The notes beneath the pieces were generated by a model. That model searched no databases, was not told the DNA's origin, and saw nothing but the letters and a program-made list of their open reading frames with translations. A stretch of DNA of 64,000 nucleotides from a virus: the IMG/VR virus record IMGVR_UViG_3300045256_000173. One strand, given 5' to 3'. A program made the translations under genes and the position numbers. Below are positions 53,603-62,600 of the stretch, piece after piece; positions within the stretch are counted from its first letter, which is position 1; each line of letters begins with the position of its first letter.

Positions 53603-53919
53603 GCCGCCACCCCGCACACCGCGGCGACCGCGCCAGCGGCCCGTCGGGTCTCCGCCGCCGGGGCGGCCTGGTCAATGGGGATGACGCCGAACGCCCGCAG
53701 CAGATCCGCGCACGCCCGCTGCGCCGCCACGGGGTCGACCATCGGGCCGGCCGGGATCTTCCCCGCACTCCACAGACCGAGGTACGTCTCACCCATCAGG
53801 TCCAGCGCCGAGTAGGTCGGCACCGTCGGGTTCGGGTTGGGGTTCGGGAACGGGTTGTCCCGGGTGGGCTGCGGCCCGCGCGGCTCGTCTCCGCTGCCGC
53901 TAGGATTCGGATTGGTCAT
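53599..53919 (-). CDS. Hypothetical protein
   Basis: 106 aa, GAGAGG RBS; PNPNP tract. Confidence 0.55.
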   Translation of the reverse strand: MTNPNPSGSGDEPRGPQPTRDNPFPNPNPNPTVPTYSALDLMGETYLGLWSAGKIPAGPMVDPVAAQRACADLLRAFGVIPIDQAAPAAETRRAAGAVAAVCGVAA

Positions 53920-54006
53920 CGTTCCGACCTCTCTCAGGGCTTGTCGGTGCGGTGGTTTCTCTGGGAGCGCTCGACCGCCGTGAACGGTCGGGCGCTTTCG
54001 TGTTGC

Positions 54007-54318
54007 TCAGGCGACTCGCTTGATGCCGCCGCGTGTCTGCGTCTGCGCGTTGTAGGCGCGCGCCGCCGCCAACTCGTCGGCCTCCCGCTCCGCCGCCGAC
54101 GGCTCCTCGCCGGAGCCCTCGCGGCGGTAGCGCTCCAGGAGCGCGTCGAGCTGCTCGTGGGTGAAGCCGATCGCTCCCTTGCGGTTGATGTGGTCGAGGA
54201 CGCCGGCGTGGCAGTCGTCCTTGAGGGACCGCTCCGTCCACGGGGTGCGCTTGGCGACCTCGGCGACGGAAACGATCCACATGTCGGCCCACTCTTCGGG
54301 CCACCCGCCGGGCTTCAC
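54007..54318 (-). CDS. Excisionase-like HTH protein
   Basis: SVAEVAKRTPWTERSLKDDCHAG...IGFTHEQLDALL; GTGA-coupled to cro. Confidence 0.7.
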   Translation of the reverse strand: MKPGGWPEEWADMWIVSVAEVAKRTPWTERSLKDDCHAGVLDHINRKGAIGFTHEQLDALLERYRREGSGEEPSAAEREADELAAARAYNAQTQTRGGIKRVA

Positions 54319-54605
54319 GCGACTTCCACCAGGTCGGCGCCGGCCGCGCTGCGGTCGATGTCGCTCACCCACTGGCGCAGCTCGCGGCCCTGCCGGATGT
54401 GGGTGGGGCGGATGCCGAGGGCGCGGGCCCAGGCGTCGAGGAAGCGGGGGGATGCCTGGCGGTGGCCGAGTTCGGCGTTGTTGAGGGCGGTGACGCTGAC
54501 GTCGTGGCCCTGGGCGCGGATTTCGTCGGCGAGTTGTTCGAGGGTCAGCCCGCGCCACTCGCGGAGCGCCCGGAGGCTGACTTGCGGGGGGATCGGCTGT
54601 GACAT
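54315..54605 (-). CDS. Cro-like XRE HTH regulator
   Basis: LRALREWRGLTLEQLADEI...ALNNAELGHRQAS; divergent from the repressor. Confidence 0.85.
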   Translation of the reverse strand: MSQPIPPQVSLRALREWRGLTLEQLADEIRAQGHDVSVTALNNAELGHRQASPRFLDAWARALGIRPTHIRQGRELRQWVSDIDRSAAGADLVEVA

Positions 54606-54633
54606 AGCGCTAGCTTGCGCCAACTAGCGCTAG
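54604..54633. promoter_or_regulatory. Paired palindromic operators over the cro promoter
   Basis: TAGCGCTA at 54605-54612 and 54625-54632. Confidence 0.65.
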
Positions 54634-54821
54634 AAAGCAAGTGAAAGGTGATGCTGGTGGGTCCACCGATCGGGTGAGCCTCGCCGACCGTTTGTTTGGT
54701 GGGATGACCCTGCGTGGTGAGATACTCACGACGATAAATCGGAGGCTGGGGAGCAACCGTGATGACCGCAGTACGCGCGAAGCCCGCCACGGGCTGGACC
54801 TTTCAGAACCTTTCAGCAAAG

Positions 54822-55259
54822 ATGGCGCAGGTGACGGCGAGTGAACCCGACTGGCAACGCCTCGGCACCTACGTATCCCGCCGACGCGACGAACTCGGCC
54901 TAACCCAATCCCAAGTACAAGCCCGCGGCGGACCCTCCGTCGCCACCATCCGCAACATCGAAACCGCCATCAAAGACAACTACCGCGACAGCAACCTCCG
55001 CGCCCTCGAACGCGTCCTCAACTGGCCCACCGGCGCCATCGACCGCATCCTCACCGGCGGCGAACCCCACGACAGCGCGACCACACACGCCGGCGACGAC
55101 CAGTTCAACGCCGCCGTCGCCCTGCTACGCGCCATCCGGGACAACCCCAACCGGTCCCGACACCTACGCGCCATGGCCGCCGCCCAGCTCGACCAACTCG
55201 CCGCGCTCCGCGAAGCCGACGAAGCCGAAGCCGAACAAGGCCGAACCGCCGCGTCCTAA
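54822..55259 (+). CDS. CI-like immunity repressor (XRE)
   Basis: WQRLGTYVSRRRDELGLTQSQVQARGGPSVATIRNIE; divergent from cro. Confidence 0.85.
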   Translation: MAQVTASEPDWQRLGTYVSRRRDELGLTQSQVQARGGPSVATIRNIETAIKDNYRDSNLRALERVLNWPTGAIDRILTGGEPHDSATTHAGDDQFNAAVALLRAIRDNPNRSRHLRAMAAAQLDQLAALREADEAEAEQGRTAAS

Positions 55260-56563
55260 CCCACCTCGTCGTCAGCCGCCAGCAGCAACTTCTCCACGCT
55301 GTCCAGACGATCCGAGTCATCGCCCTCCCAAAGGTGGCCGTAGATATCCATCGTGATCTGGTAGTTCGCGTGCCCCACCCGAAGCTGCACCCGCTTCGGC
55401 GACCAGCCCGCCTCCACCAGCAGCGACACGTGCGTGTGCCTCAAGTCGTGGAAACGCGGAAACCGCTTCACCCGACCCGGGCACATGCACGTCGACACTT
55501 CGTCTACCCTGAGCTTGCGACGCGGACCCCGACACGGCTTCGCAGGCAACTCCGGCGGATGCTCCTCGCACCGCTGAGAAGCAGCGACCGCGGGCAGCCA
55601 GTGCCGAACTCGCAAGTTGTTCTCGCTCCACAAACCGCCCCGCGGCGCCGGGAACAGCAGCTGACCACGGCGCTTCCCCGACATTCGCCGCACCAGCACC
55701 TCCGCCACCTCCTCCGAGATGGTCACGTCCCGGTGCGACTTCGCCGACTTCGGCGGCCCGATCTCCCCGTCGTTCTTCAACGCCCGGGTCACCTTGATGT
55801 GCGGGCGCCGACCGTCCGGCACCACATCCTCCGGCCGCAGCACCAGGATCTCCCCGAGCCGCAGCCCGGTGCGCACGTCGACGTACACCAGGTCGTGAAT
55901 CGCCTCCGAGCAGCGGTCCTGGATCGCCGCCAACTCCCACGGCTCGAGGAAGATGCCGTGGAACGGGGTCGACTTCGGCAGGCCGGAGATGTGCTTACGG
56001 GCCCCGGCCGGCCGTGCCGCGGGGTTCGCCGACAGGTAGCGGGGCACGGCCGCACCGAGGCAGCCGTGCAGGACCGCGTGAGCGCGGCGGATCGTCTCCG
56101 GGTGCATCGGCTTACCGCGGGGGGTGCGCTGGGTGCTGGTCATCCACGCCACCCAGTCCTTGATGACGTCGGCGGTGATCTGGTCGTCGACGACGTACCG
56201 GGCACCCAGGTACGGCACGGCCCGCTTCCGCAGGATCGTCGCATAGCGTTCGAGCGTGTCCGGCTGCACTTCGCCGGTGAGCCGCCGCTTCTCCAGGTAC
56301 GTGTCGACCCACTTCTCGAAGGTGGGTACGCCGGCCGGCGCGGTGGGGGTGTCGCCGATGACGGCGGCGCGGACCTCGTCGCGGGTGATGTTGTGGGCGC
56401 GGGACTCGGCGAGCTGCTTCGCCGCCTCGGCGAGCTTCCGCGTCGCGGTGGGCTTCTGCCCGGGCGGGATCCGGAACGACAGGGTCTGCGCGGCGCCGGT
56501 CCGTTTCCCTCCGATGCGCCACTTCACGGCGAAGCCGCTGGAGGTCTGCTCGATTGATGCCAT
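55256..56563 (-). CDS. int: Tyrosine integrase
   Basis: RTGLRLGEI, KS, FHDLRH, GHA, ITMDIYGH catalytic set; adjacent to the att site. Confidence 0.96.
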   Translation of the reverse strand: MASIEQTSSGFAVKWRIGGKRTGAAQTLSFRIPPGQKPTATRKLAEAAKQLAESRAHNITRDEVRAAVIGDTPTAPAGVPTFEKWVDTYLEKRRLTGEVQPDTLERYATILRKRAVPYLGARYVVDDQITADVIKDWVAWMTSTQRTPRGKPMHPETIRRAHAVLHGCLGAAVPRYLSANPAARPAGARKHISGLPKSTPFHGIFLEPWELAAIQDRCSEAIHDLVYVDVRTGLRLGEILVLRPEDVVPDGRRPHIKVTRALKNDGEIGPPKSAKSHRDVTISEEVAEVLVRRMSGKRRGQLLFPAPRGGLWSENNLRVRHWLPAVAASQRCEEHPPELPAKPCRGPRRKLRVDEVSTCMCPGRVKRFPRFHDLRHTHVSLLVEAGWSPKRVQLRVGHANYQITMDIYGHLWEGDDSDRLDSVEKLLLAADDEVG

Positions 56564-56582
56564 GGTGAGCAGGGTAGCCGTT

Positions 56583-56606
56583 CCGGTGCACCTATCGGTG
56601 CACCGG
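56583..56606. repeat. Paired GGTGCAC repeats left of the att core (arm-type site candidates)
   Basis: CCGGTGCACC-TATC-GGTGCACCGG. Confidence 0.6.
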
Positions 56607-56707
56607 CGGCGTCAAATCGTGTCGCTTTCCGTGCGATCCCGTCCATGATCGTAAGGCGTTTCCGCAGGTAAACGTGCTCCGCCGCAGGTCGGCACAAAGT
56701 GCCGTGC

Positions 56708-56756
56708 TGGACTCATAATCCATCGGTCACGGGTTCGAGTCCCGTCCGCCCCACCA
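56708..56756 (+). other. att core: 3' half of tRNA(CAT) (Ile2/Met), from anticodon arm to CCA
   Basis: TGGA-CTCATAA-TCCA anticodon arm, ACGGG-TTCGAGT-CCCGT T arm, CCGCCCC-A-CCA; the D arm and 5' acceptor strand are absent. Confidence 0.9.
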
Positions 56757-56794
56757 GCACGAACGCCAACTTGAAGATCATCGTTCGAGCGGTT

Positions 56795-56814
56795 CAGGTG
56801 CACGGCAGGTGCAC
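56795..56814. repeat. Paired CAGGTGCAC direct repeats right of the att core (arm-type site candidates)
   Basis: CAGGTGCAC at 56795-56803 and 56806-56814. Confidence 0.6.
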
Positions 56815-56866
56815 CACGGCCGTCCCGGGTACCACGGAGCACCTCGGGACGGCCGTAGGAAGACTC

Positions 56867-57415
56867 TCAGCTGCGGGCGCTGCGCCGCCCCGACTGGGCG
56901 GAAAACGACCGCACCACCGCGTTCGGCGCGGACTCGTCGATGAACTGCTGCGTCCGCGCCAGCAGCGCCGCAGCATCCACATCGCCATCACGCCGGAACG
57001 CGCGCAGCAGCCTGCGGATCTCCTGCATCTGCAACTCGTGCTGGTCAGCAATGATGCCGTCCCGCTTGACCTGCAGGGCGTTCTGGCTCCGCCACCACGC
57101 CCATACCGCACCGAGGACCGTCGCGGACATGCTGAGCGCCGCGACGAACACCTGGTGGGTGCCGAGAGCCGGGCTCAGCGGCTGGTCGAGGCTGAGGGTG
57201 GTGTGCACCGCGACGGCGATCCAGTCGAGGACAGCCATGCCGGCGACGATCAGGGTGATGGCGGTGTAGGCCCGGGGCGGCGTGACGTTGGCGGCCAGCT
57301 CGCTGCGAGTCGCGCTGATCCGGTCTTCGATCCTCGCGTTGTTGTGCCTCGTCCGCCAGGCGTCGGTGTCTTCGTCGTCGCCGATCGGGTTGCGCGGTAG
57401 GTATGTCGGTCCCAT
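56867..57415 (-). CDS. Two-TM membrane protein
   Basis: AITLIVAGMAVLDWIAVAV and VFVAALSMSATVLGAVWAWW. Confidence 0.65.
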   Translation of the reverse strand: MGPTYLPRNPIGDDEDTDAWRTRHNNARIEDRISATRSELAANVTPPRAYTAITLIVAGMAVLDWIAVAVHTTLSLDQPLSPALGTHQVFVAALSMSATVLGAVWAWWRSQNALQVKRDGIIADQHELQMQEIRRLLRAFRRDGDVDAAALLARTQQFIDESAPNAVVRSFSAQSGRRSARS

Positions 57416-57546
57416 GAGGTTGTGCTCCGATCGATTGCGCTGAGATGGGATCGGAGGCGCGTTGCGGGGCGCCTCCCCGCCGCAGAGCCGATCGGGGTGG
57501 GTGCGGCGGTCGCGCCGGGGATGCGGCGCTGCGGACGACGATCCAG

Positions 57547-58428
57547 TCAGCCGGAGGGGGAAGACGGCGGATAGGTGCGGCACGCGAGGGAAGCGCCTCG
57601 GCCATCGGGGTGACCGCTGGCGGTCGCGGTGGCTGTCCACTGGTCGGTGAGATCCGCGTGGAGGGTTCGACTGCCGGTGCTGGCCGCGACGTTGGAATCG
57701 CCGCTACCGCCGGGGTGGATGTGGGGGTGTGCCGGGGCGGGCTTCGCGGCGGCCGATGGGGATGAGTCACCCAGGTGGCGGCGGTGGCGGTCGGTGTTGG
57801 CGGTCGGGTGGTGCACGCCCGGGCCGGCGGCGGCCAGTGGGGGGTGGCTGGGCGGCGGCCCGGGCGCGGTCTGGGATGCCGCCGGACGGGCCGTGGGCGC
57901 CGTGACGGCCTCGACGGGCCGGGTGGGGGTCTTCGTGCCCCCGGTAGGCGTCGGGGTCGGCTGCGGCCCGCTGGGGCCGGGCGGCGCGCCGGCGACAACC
58001 CGGTCGGTGAGGTCGGTGACCTGGTCGACGGTGTCCCCGACGACCGGCAGGGGCGCAGTGACCCGGTCAACGTCGTCCGTGATCGCGGTGACCTTCTCGC
58101 GGGTGTGGGCGACGGCCCGACCTGTGGCGTCGGTGATCCGCCCAGCAGCGTGCCGGACCACGGCCGAGGTGTGCGGCAGCGTGGCGGGCCGGCGGGGCGG
58201 TGCTGTCCGGTGTGGCCGCCCGTGGTGCCCGGTCGCCGTGTCGACGGTGACGTCCACCGCGCCGGCCACCGTCGATGTTGCCGCCCCGATCAGGTCGGGC
58301 GGGGTCCGGTCGGCGGCCTCGGCGTGGTCGGACAGGGCGAGGGAGATCGCGGCGCCGGCGGTCGCGGCGGCGGCGAGCAGCAGCAGTCGCGGTGTGAGAT
58401 GCCGTTGTTGGCGACTGTGCCTGCGCAT
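57547..58428 (-). CDS. Secreted Pro/Thr/Ala-rich protein
   Basis: Basic N-terminus, LLLLAAAATAGAAISLAL, AEA cleavage motif; GGGGAGG RBS. Confidence 0.6.
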   Translation of the reverse strand: MRRHSRQQRHLTPRLLLLAAAATAGAAISLALSDHAEAADRTPPDLIGAATSTVAGAVDVTVDTATGHHGRPHRTAPPRRPATLPHTSAVVRHAAGRITDATGRAVAHTREKVTAITDDVDRVTAPLPVVGDTVDQVTDLTDRVVAGAPPGPSGPQPTPTPTGGTKTPTRPVEAVTAPTARPAASQTAPGPPPSHPPLAAAGPGVHHPTANTDRHRRHLGDSSPSAAAKPAPAHPHIHPGGSGDSNVAASTGSRTLHADLTDQWTATATASGHPDGRGASLACRTYPPSSPSG

Positions 58429-58988
58429 CGGTTCCTCCCCATGAAACCTAGCGATGTCGTGGATGTTGAGCGTGGTCGGTGGTGGTCGTGAGGTGTATCC
58501 GGGTTTCGGCTGTTGATCCGGTCGTGTGGCGGAGTGTGCGCGTCTGTTTGGGCGAGGCCGGTTCCTGCGTTCCTACGCGTTTCCCGTACCTGTGAGTAGA
58601 TCAATTCGCCCCGTTGAGTAGCCGATCCTGCCCGAAACGACGCAGCGAGCAACTTCCACCTGTACCGACAGGCAGATAGTGAAAACATCACGTGAACAAG
58701 TACCGTCAGCGGGACCGCGTCGCTAGCTTGCGACCCCCGGCAGATACCAGCGGTCACCGGACAGCAACTCCGGGGCGTCGACGCCGGACCGCCACACCAC
58801 GAACAAGCGTGTCGGGGGAGGTGTGGGCGCGGCGGCTCGCCGGCTCACGGCTGGTCAGGACATAGCCTCACCCGGTGGGGCAGGAGCATCCGCTCAAGGC
58901 CGGGGTGACGGTGATCTACACCCGTCACCTCGGCCCTTTCCTGTCCGCGCTGCGGGGTGAGCTGACCCTCGTCGAGGCGGCCGACCGG

Positions 58989-59528
58989 TCAGCCGCCCTG
59001 GATCGGCTCGCTGGCGAGGTCGAGGACGAGCAGGTCCATCGGCGGCCCCCATGGCAGCACTGACTTGCCGACCTGCCGCCACGCGTTCCGCGCATACACC
59101 TGGCGGGCGTGCGAGCGCGGGTCGGAGGCGAGGGTGGCGTACCGCTCCGGCCGGTCGGCCAGCAGCCGGCGCATCAGCTCCGCGCCGACGCCCTCACCGC
59201 GGTGGCCGGGTCGGACGATCCACTCCATGACCGCGAACTTCTCGGCGTCGCGGAGGTGCGCGTGCGGGTCGCTGTCGGCGCGCGTCCACCATGTGCCCGC
59301 CGGCATCGTCCACCCGTAGGCCGCGCCGACGAGCAGCCCGTCATCGTCGGCAGTGACCAGCGTGAACCCGGGCCGGGCGGCCTCGCCGGGCAGGCCCTCA
59401 CGGAACCGGGCCACCTGCTCCGGGCCCTCCTCGTACGGGGGTTCGGCGTAGACGATCTCGTACAGGCCGGTGAGCGCGTCGAATCGGGGCGCGGCGGCGA
59501 GGCCAGCGCGGAGGGCGTAGGCGAGCAT
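58989..59528 (-). CDS. GNAT acetyltransferase
   Basis: FAVMEWIVRPGHRGEGVGAELMRRLL motif A; ARQVYARNAW. Confidence 0.9.
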   Translation of the reverse strand: MLAYALRAGLAAAPRFDALTGLYEIVYAEPPYEEGPEQVARFREGLPGEAARPGFTLVTADDDGLLVGAAYGWTMPAGTWWTRADSDPHAHLRDAEKFAVMEWIVRPGHRGEGVGAELMRRLLADRPERYATLASDPRSHARQVYARNAWRQVGKSVLPWGPPMDLLVLDLASEPIQGG

Positions 59529-59609
59529 TCCCGGATGCTACGGGCGCACGCCCAACCGGCGTTGCACCGTCGGCCCGTACATCCCAGTCCGGCGGCGTGC
59601 GCGTTGGAA

Positions 59610-60830
59610 CTACACCCGCACCCGCTCCACGAGCTCCCCGTACACCGGCCGCCGCCGCTCCGTGTCCGGGACGGCGGCGGCAACCTGCCGCGCGACACTC
59701 CGAACCAGCTCGTTGTGCTGCTCCTCGGGCAGCCCATCCAGCAGGTCGGCGGCCAACCGCAGCCCGTCAGGCACGAACCCGGCCCGGATCAACCCCGCCG
59801 CCCGATGCAACTGCACCTGCGTCCGCAGCCGCTCCTGCGACGGCGGGTACAAGGCGAGCGCACGATCCTGAGCGGCGTCCGCCTCCTCGATCCGGCCCGC
59901 GTGGGTGAACACCCACGACTGGGTGTGGACCAGCCGATGCTCCGGCCACCCCCACAGCGACTCCACGTCGGCGACCGCCTCGCCGGGCAAGGCATCGACC
60001 TGGTCTGCCAACTCGCGCACCGTGGTGACGGCCTCCGAATGCCGGCCGGCGAGGGAAAGGGCCTGCGCCCGCCCGGCGAGCAGCCCGCACGTCGCGGCGG
60101 ACGGCGCGACCCCGTCGAGGAGCGGCAGCATCTGATCTGACAACGCCACCACCACCGTCGGGTGCCGGCCGTCGTAGCAGCCGTTCACGACGTCCCATGC
60201 CCGGACCAGCATGCGCGTGTCCGCGTCCCCGGATTCGTCCGCGACCCGCTGCGCCGTCGCCCACCACCGGCGGGCCACGGCCGTCTGCCCAGACGCGACC
60301 AGGCCGAGCGCGACGATCACCGACAGCCGGCCGGCGGCGCGCAGCAGTAGTGGACGCCGGTCACCCCGGTCGGCGGCGAGCTGATGCTGCAGCACGGTCA
60401 CGTCCCGGCCCAGTTGGGCCATCACCTGGTCGTGGGGTTGCAGGTAGTAGCCGCGCCCGTAGTCGGCGACGATCTGCGCCCACTCATCATGGTCGACGTC
60501 CACGGCGGCGCCCAGGCCGTGGCGCAGGGCCTCCCACCCGATCAGTCGGTCGACGGCCGGGGCGGCGACGAGGGCGCCCATGGCTTGGATGACGGTGCGT
60601 CTGCGCATGTCGGTGTCGCCTGCCTGCTCACGTAGGTACGCCTGCATCAGCGCACCGCCCGCGGCGAGGGCCCGTTCGCATGCCTCCGCGAGCTCGCGGG
60701 TGGGGCGGCGCACGCCACGTTCCACCTGGGAGATGTGGCTGTAGCCGTAGTTGGCAAGTGCGTCGAGTTGCCTCAGGGACAGGCCCGCCGCGGTGCGGTG
60801 AGCTTTGAGTATCTGCCCGAAACTGTCCAC
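59610..60830 (-). CDS. XRE HTH regulator with a helical-repeat (TPR-like) C-terminal domain
   Basis: FGQILKAHRTAAGLSLRQL...SHISQVERGVRRPT; Ala/Leu-rich helical repeats. Confidence 0.85.
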   Translation of the reverse strand: MDSFGQILKAHRTAAGLSLRQLDALANYGYSHISQVERGVRRPTRELAEACERALAAGGALMQAYLREQAGDTDMRRRTVIQAMGALVAAPAVDRLIGWEALRHGLGAAVDVDHDEWAQIVADYGRGYYLQPHDQVMAQLGRDVTVLQHQLAADRGDRRPLLLRAAGRLSVIVALGLVASGQTAVARRWWATAQRVADESGDADTRMLVRAWDVVNGCYDGRHPTVVVALSDQMLPLLDGVAPSAATCGLLAGRAQALSLAGRHSEAVTTVRELADQVDALPGEAVADVESLWGWPEHRLVHTQSWVFTHAGRIEEADAAQDRALALYPPSQERLRTQVQLHRAAGLIRAGFVPDGLRLAADLLDGLPEEQHNELVRSVARQVAAAVPDTERRRPVYGELVERVRV

Positions 60831-61034
60831 TTCGCCCCCCAGCGGTGTGTGCGATGGCGTGTGCACACAGTGCACGCCTGCCGTCCGGTCAGCCTATCGG
60901 CAATGCTCGACGTGTCGGCACAAGTTGACCGGCGCGCAAGGCGCGGCGGGCCGTGGCCATCGAGGCGGGGTCTGCCGTAGCCGACGGTTGTGTGGTGGCC
61001 GCCAGGATCCCCAGCCCGGGCGGCCACCACCCCG

Positions 61035-61312
61035 ACCCTCGAGGAGCCGCGGCCATGACCGTCGACTTGGACGTGCCCGCCGGCGCGCGGCTGTTCCTCC
61101 TCGCCGGTGAGTGGTACCCGGCGCCCGACCGGCCGGCCGACCGGGACGAGATCGTCACCGTGGTGGCCGTGTACCGGCAGGTGATCGCCGGCCGGGTGTG
61201 GGTGAGGGGTCACGTCTGCCGGTCGCCTGAGCCGGACTGCCGCACCGGGGCGTGCTTCGAGCATCAGGTGGCGGTGGCGGCGATCCGCGCGAACTTGGAC
61301 GGCTCCCGGTGA
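61035..61312 (+). CDS. Small Cys/His-containing hypothetical protein
   Basis: GAGGAG RBS; HVC...C...C motif; divergent from the XRE gene. Confidence 0.6.
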
Positions 61313-61500
61313 GCGGGGCGGCCGAGGGTCAGGTCGGGTCGTGGCAGCAGCGACTCGCCGCGCACACGGCGGTGGATGGGTGGTGCCCGGTTTGCCGTGC
61401 CCCGGCCCGGTGTTGGGAGTGGGCGGCGGCGTTCGCGGACGGGGCTGCATCTGAGCTGACCCCCGACCCGGCACCCGCGCGGGCACCGTCCTCGAGGTGA
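61309..61500 (+). CDS. Small Cys-containing hypothetical protein
   Basis: GTGA-coupled; H...WCPVC...CW. Confidence 0.5.
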   Translation: MSGAAEGQVGSWQQRLAAHTAVDGWCPVCRAPARCWEWAAAFADGAASELTPDPAPARAPSSR

Positions 61501-61736
61501 CGGTGGAGCCGTCGGTGCCGCGGTGCCTGGGCTGCGCCGACGGCATCGTGGTCCTCGAGCACCACTGCGCCGGTGAGCTGGAGTTGCTGCCGTACGGCGG
61601 CTGGTGTGGGTGCGACCGGCCTGGTTGCGCGGCCGGCCCGCCGGTGGTCAGCTCTCCGCCTGTGCGGCGCGGGGCTTCCGGCCGCGACGGGGCGGGAGGC
61701 CGGCGCGCTGCCGGTAGGCGGTCACCCGCCGGTTGA
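61497..61736 (+). CDS. Small Cys-rich hypothetical protein
   Basis: GTGA-coupled; CLGC, HHC, WCGCDRPGC. Confidence 0.45.
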   Translation: MTVEPSVPRCLGCADGIVVLEHHCAGELELLPYGGWCGCDRPGCAAGPPVVSSPPVRRGASGRDGAGGRRAAGRRSPAG

Positions 61737-61950
61737 TCTCGCTGGCGGAGACGCCGAACTGCTCGGCGACCTGGTCGTAGGTGGCGGTGTCGCAGGCTTC
61801 GGCGACGGCGGCGTCCTGCTCGGCGGCGAGTGTGGTCTTGAGCTGGGCGGCGAGGTCGCGCAGGGCGTGGTAGCGGGCGGCGGGCGGCAGGCCGGTGGTG
61901 GCGGTGAGGCGGGCGGCGAGGTCGGGCAGCGTCTCGGGCGGGTGATGGAC
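61648..61950 (-). CDS. Small HTH protein (start uncertain)
   Basis: TYDQVAEQFGVSASEINRRV HTH; no clear start codon found. Confidence 0.5.
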   Translation of the reverse strand, partial: VHHPPETLPDLAARLTATTGLPPAARYHALRDLAAQLKTTLAAEQDAAVAEACDTATYDQVAEQFGVSASEINRRVTAYRQRAGLPPRRGRKPRAAQAES

Positions 61951-62034
61951 GAGAACTGAGCGGAACGGGGGCCGGGAGACCGGCCCCCACCCCACCCCCG
62001 GAACACGTTTTCCTCTCCCGAAAGGACCCCGATC

Positions 62035-62391
62035 ATGCAGATGCTGCCGATGGTGTGCGCCGGCCTGTACGCCGACGACGCACCGATCGCCGTGTTCGCC
62101 ACCCTGGCCGACGCCGAGGTGTTCGCCGCGAAGTACAACGCAGAGCGCGGTTACGCCCTGGACGACGGCGAGCGGGCCCGGGTCGAGCAGGTGCCCGCCT
62201 ACCCGGCCGGCGACCCGGGTGTCTCCGGCCACGAGATCACCGTCTCCGAGTCGCGTCACTCCTGGGACTGGCGGTGCACCTGCGGCAACGGCGGTGTGTG
62301 GCTCGCCGACGAGCAGGCCGCCCGCGAGGGCGCCGCCCGCCACATCGCCCACTGGGTGCCGGCGGACACGCAGGTGGCCCTGCCCGCCTGA
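62035..62391 (+). CDS. Hypothetical protein
   Basis: GAAAGGA RBS; WRCTCG motif. Confidence 0.65.
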   Translation: MQMLPMVCAGLYADDAPIAVFATLADAEVFAAKYNAERGYALDDGERARVEQVPAYPAGDPGVSGHEITVSESRHSWDWRCTCGNGGVWLADEQAAREGAARHIAHWVPADTQVALPA

Positions 62392-62406
62392 CCTCGGCCA
62401 GCACGA

Positions 62407-62443
62407 AACGCCCCGACTCTCCGCTATGGAGAGCCGGGGCGTT
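62407..62443. terminator. Intrinsic terminator-like hairpin
   Basis: AACGCCCCGACTCTCC/GGAGAGCCGGGGCGTT. Confidence 0.65.
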
Positions 62444-62458
62444 CGGGTACCTGAGGGT

Positions 62459-62599
62459 GTGGATCGCGAACACTGGCGGGCCCTCGCCGACCGGCACCAG
62501 CGGTGCGACGACGAACCGCGCCGCTGCCGGGACTGCGCCGCCTACTGGCCGTGCCTGTTCCGGCTCCGCGCCGACGCCGAACTGCGACCCCCGCGCTGA
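62459..62599 (+). CDS. 46-aa H..C..C..WPC peptide
   Basis: GTG at 62459 with GAGGG RBS; HQRCDD..RCRDCAAYWPC. Confidence 0.5.
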   Translation: MDREHWRALADRHQRCDDEPRRCRDCAAYWPCLFRLRADAELRPPR

Positions 62600-62600
62600 A

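Noticed and set aside
54822-55259. Integration-dependent immunity (attP inside the repressor gene)
   Set aside because: The att core lies 1.4 kb away, beyond the integrase
56686-56756. Complete tRNA gene
   Set aside because: No D arm or GGGGCGG 5' acceptor strand upstream; only the 3' half is present
58721-58732. CGCTAGCTTGCG identical to part of the cro operator region (54608-54619)
   Set aside because: It lacks the full TAGCGCTA palindrome, and one 12-mer match among the many possible query windows is plausible by chance
58875-59063. 62-aa plus-strand ORF converging on the GNAT gene
   Set aside because: It overlaps the GNAT 3' end by 75 bp with no motif or clear RBS; it may be a remnant but is unsupported
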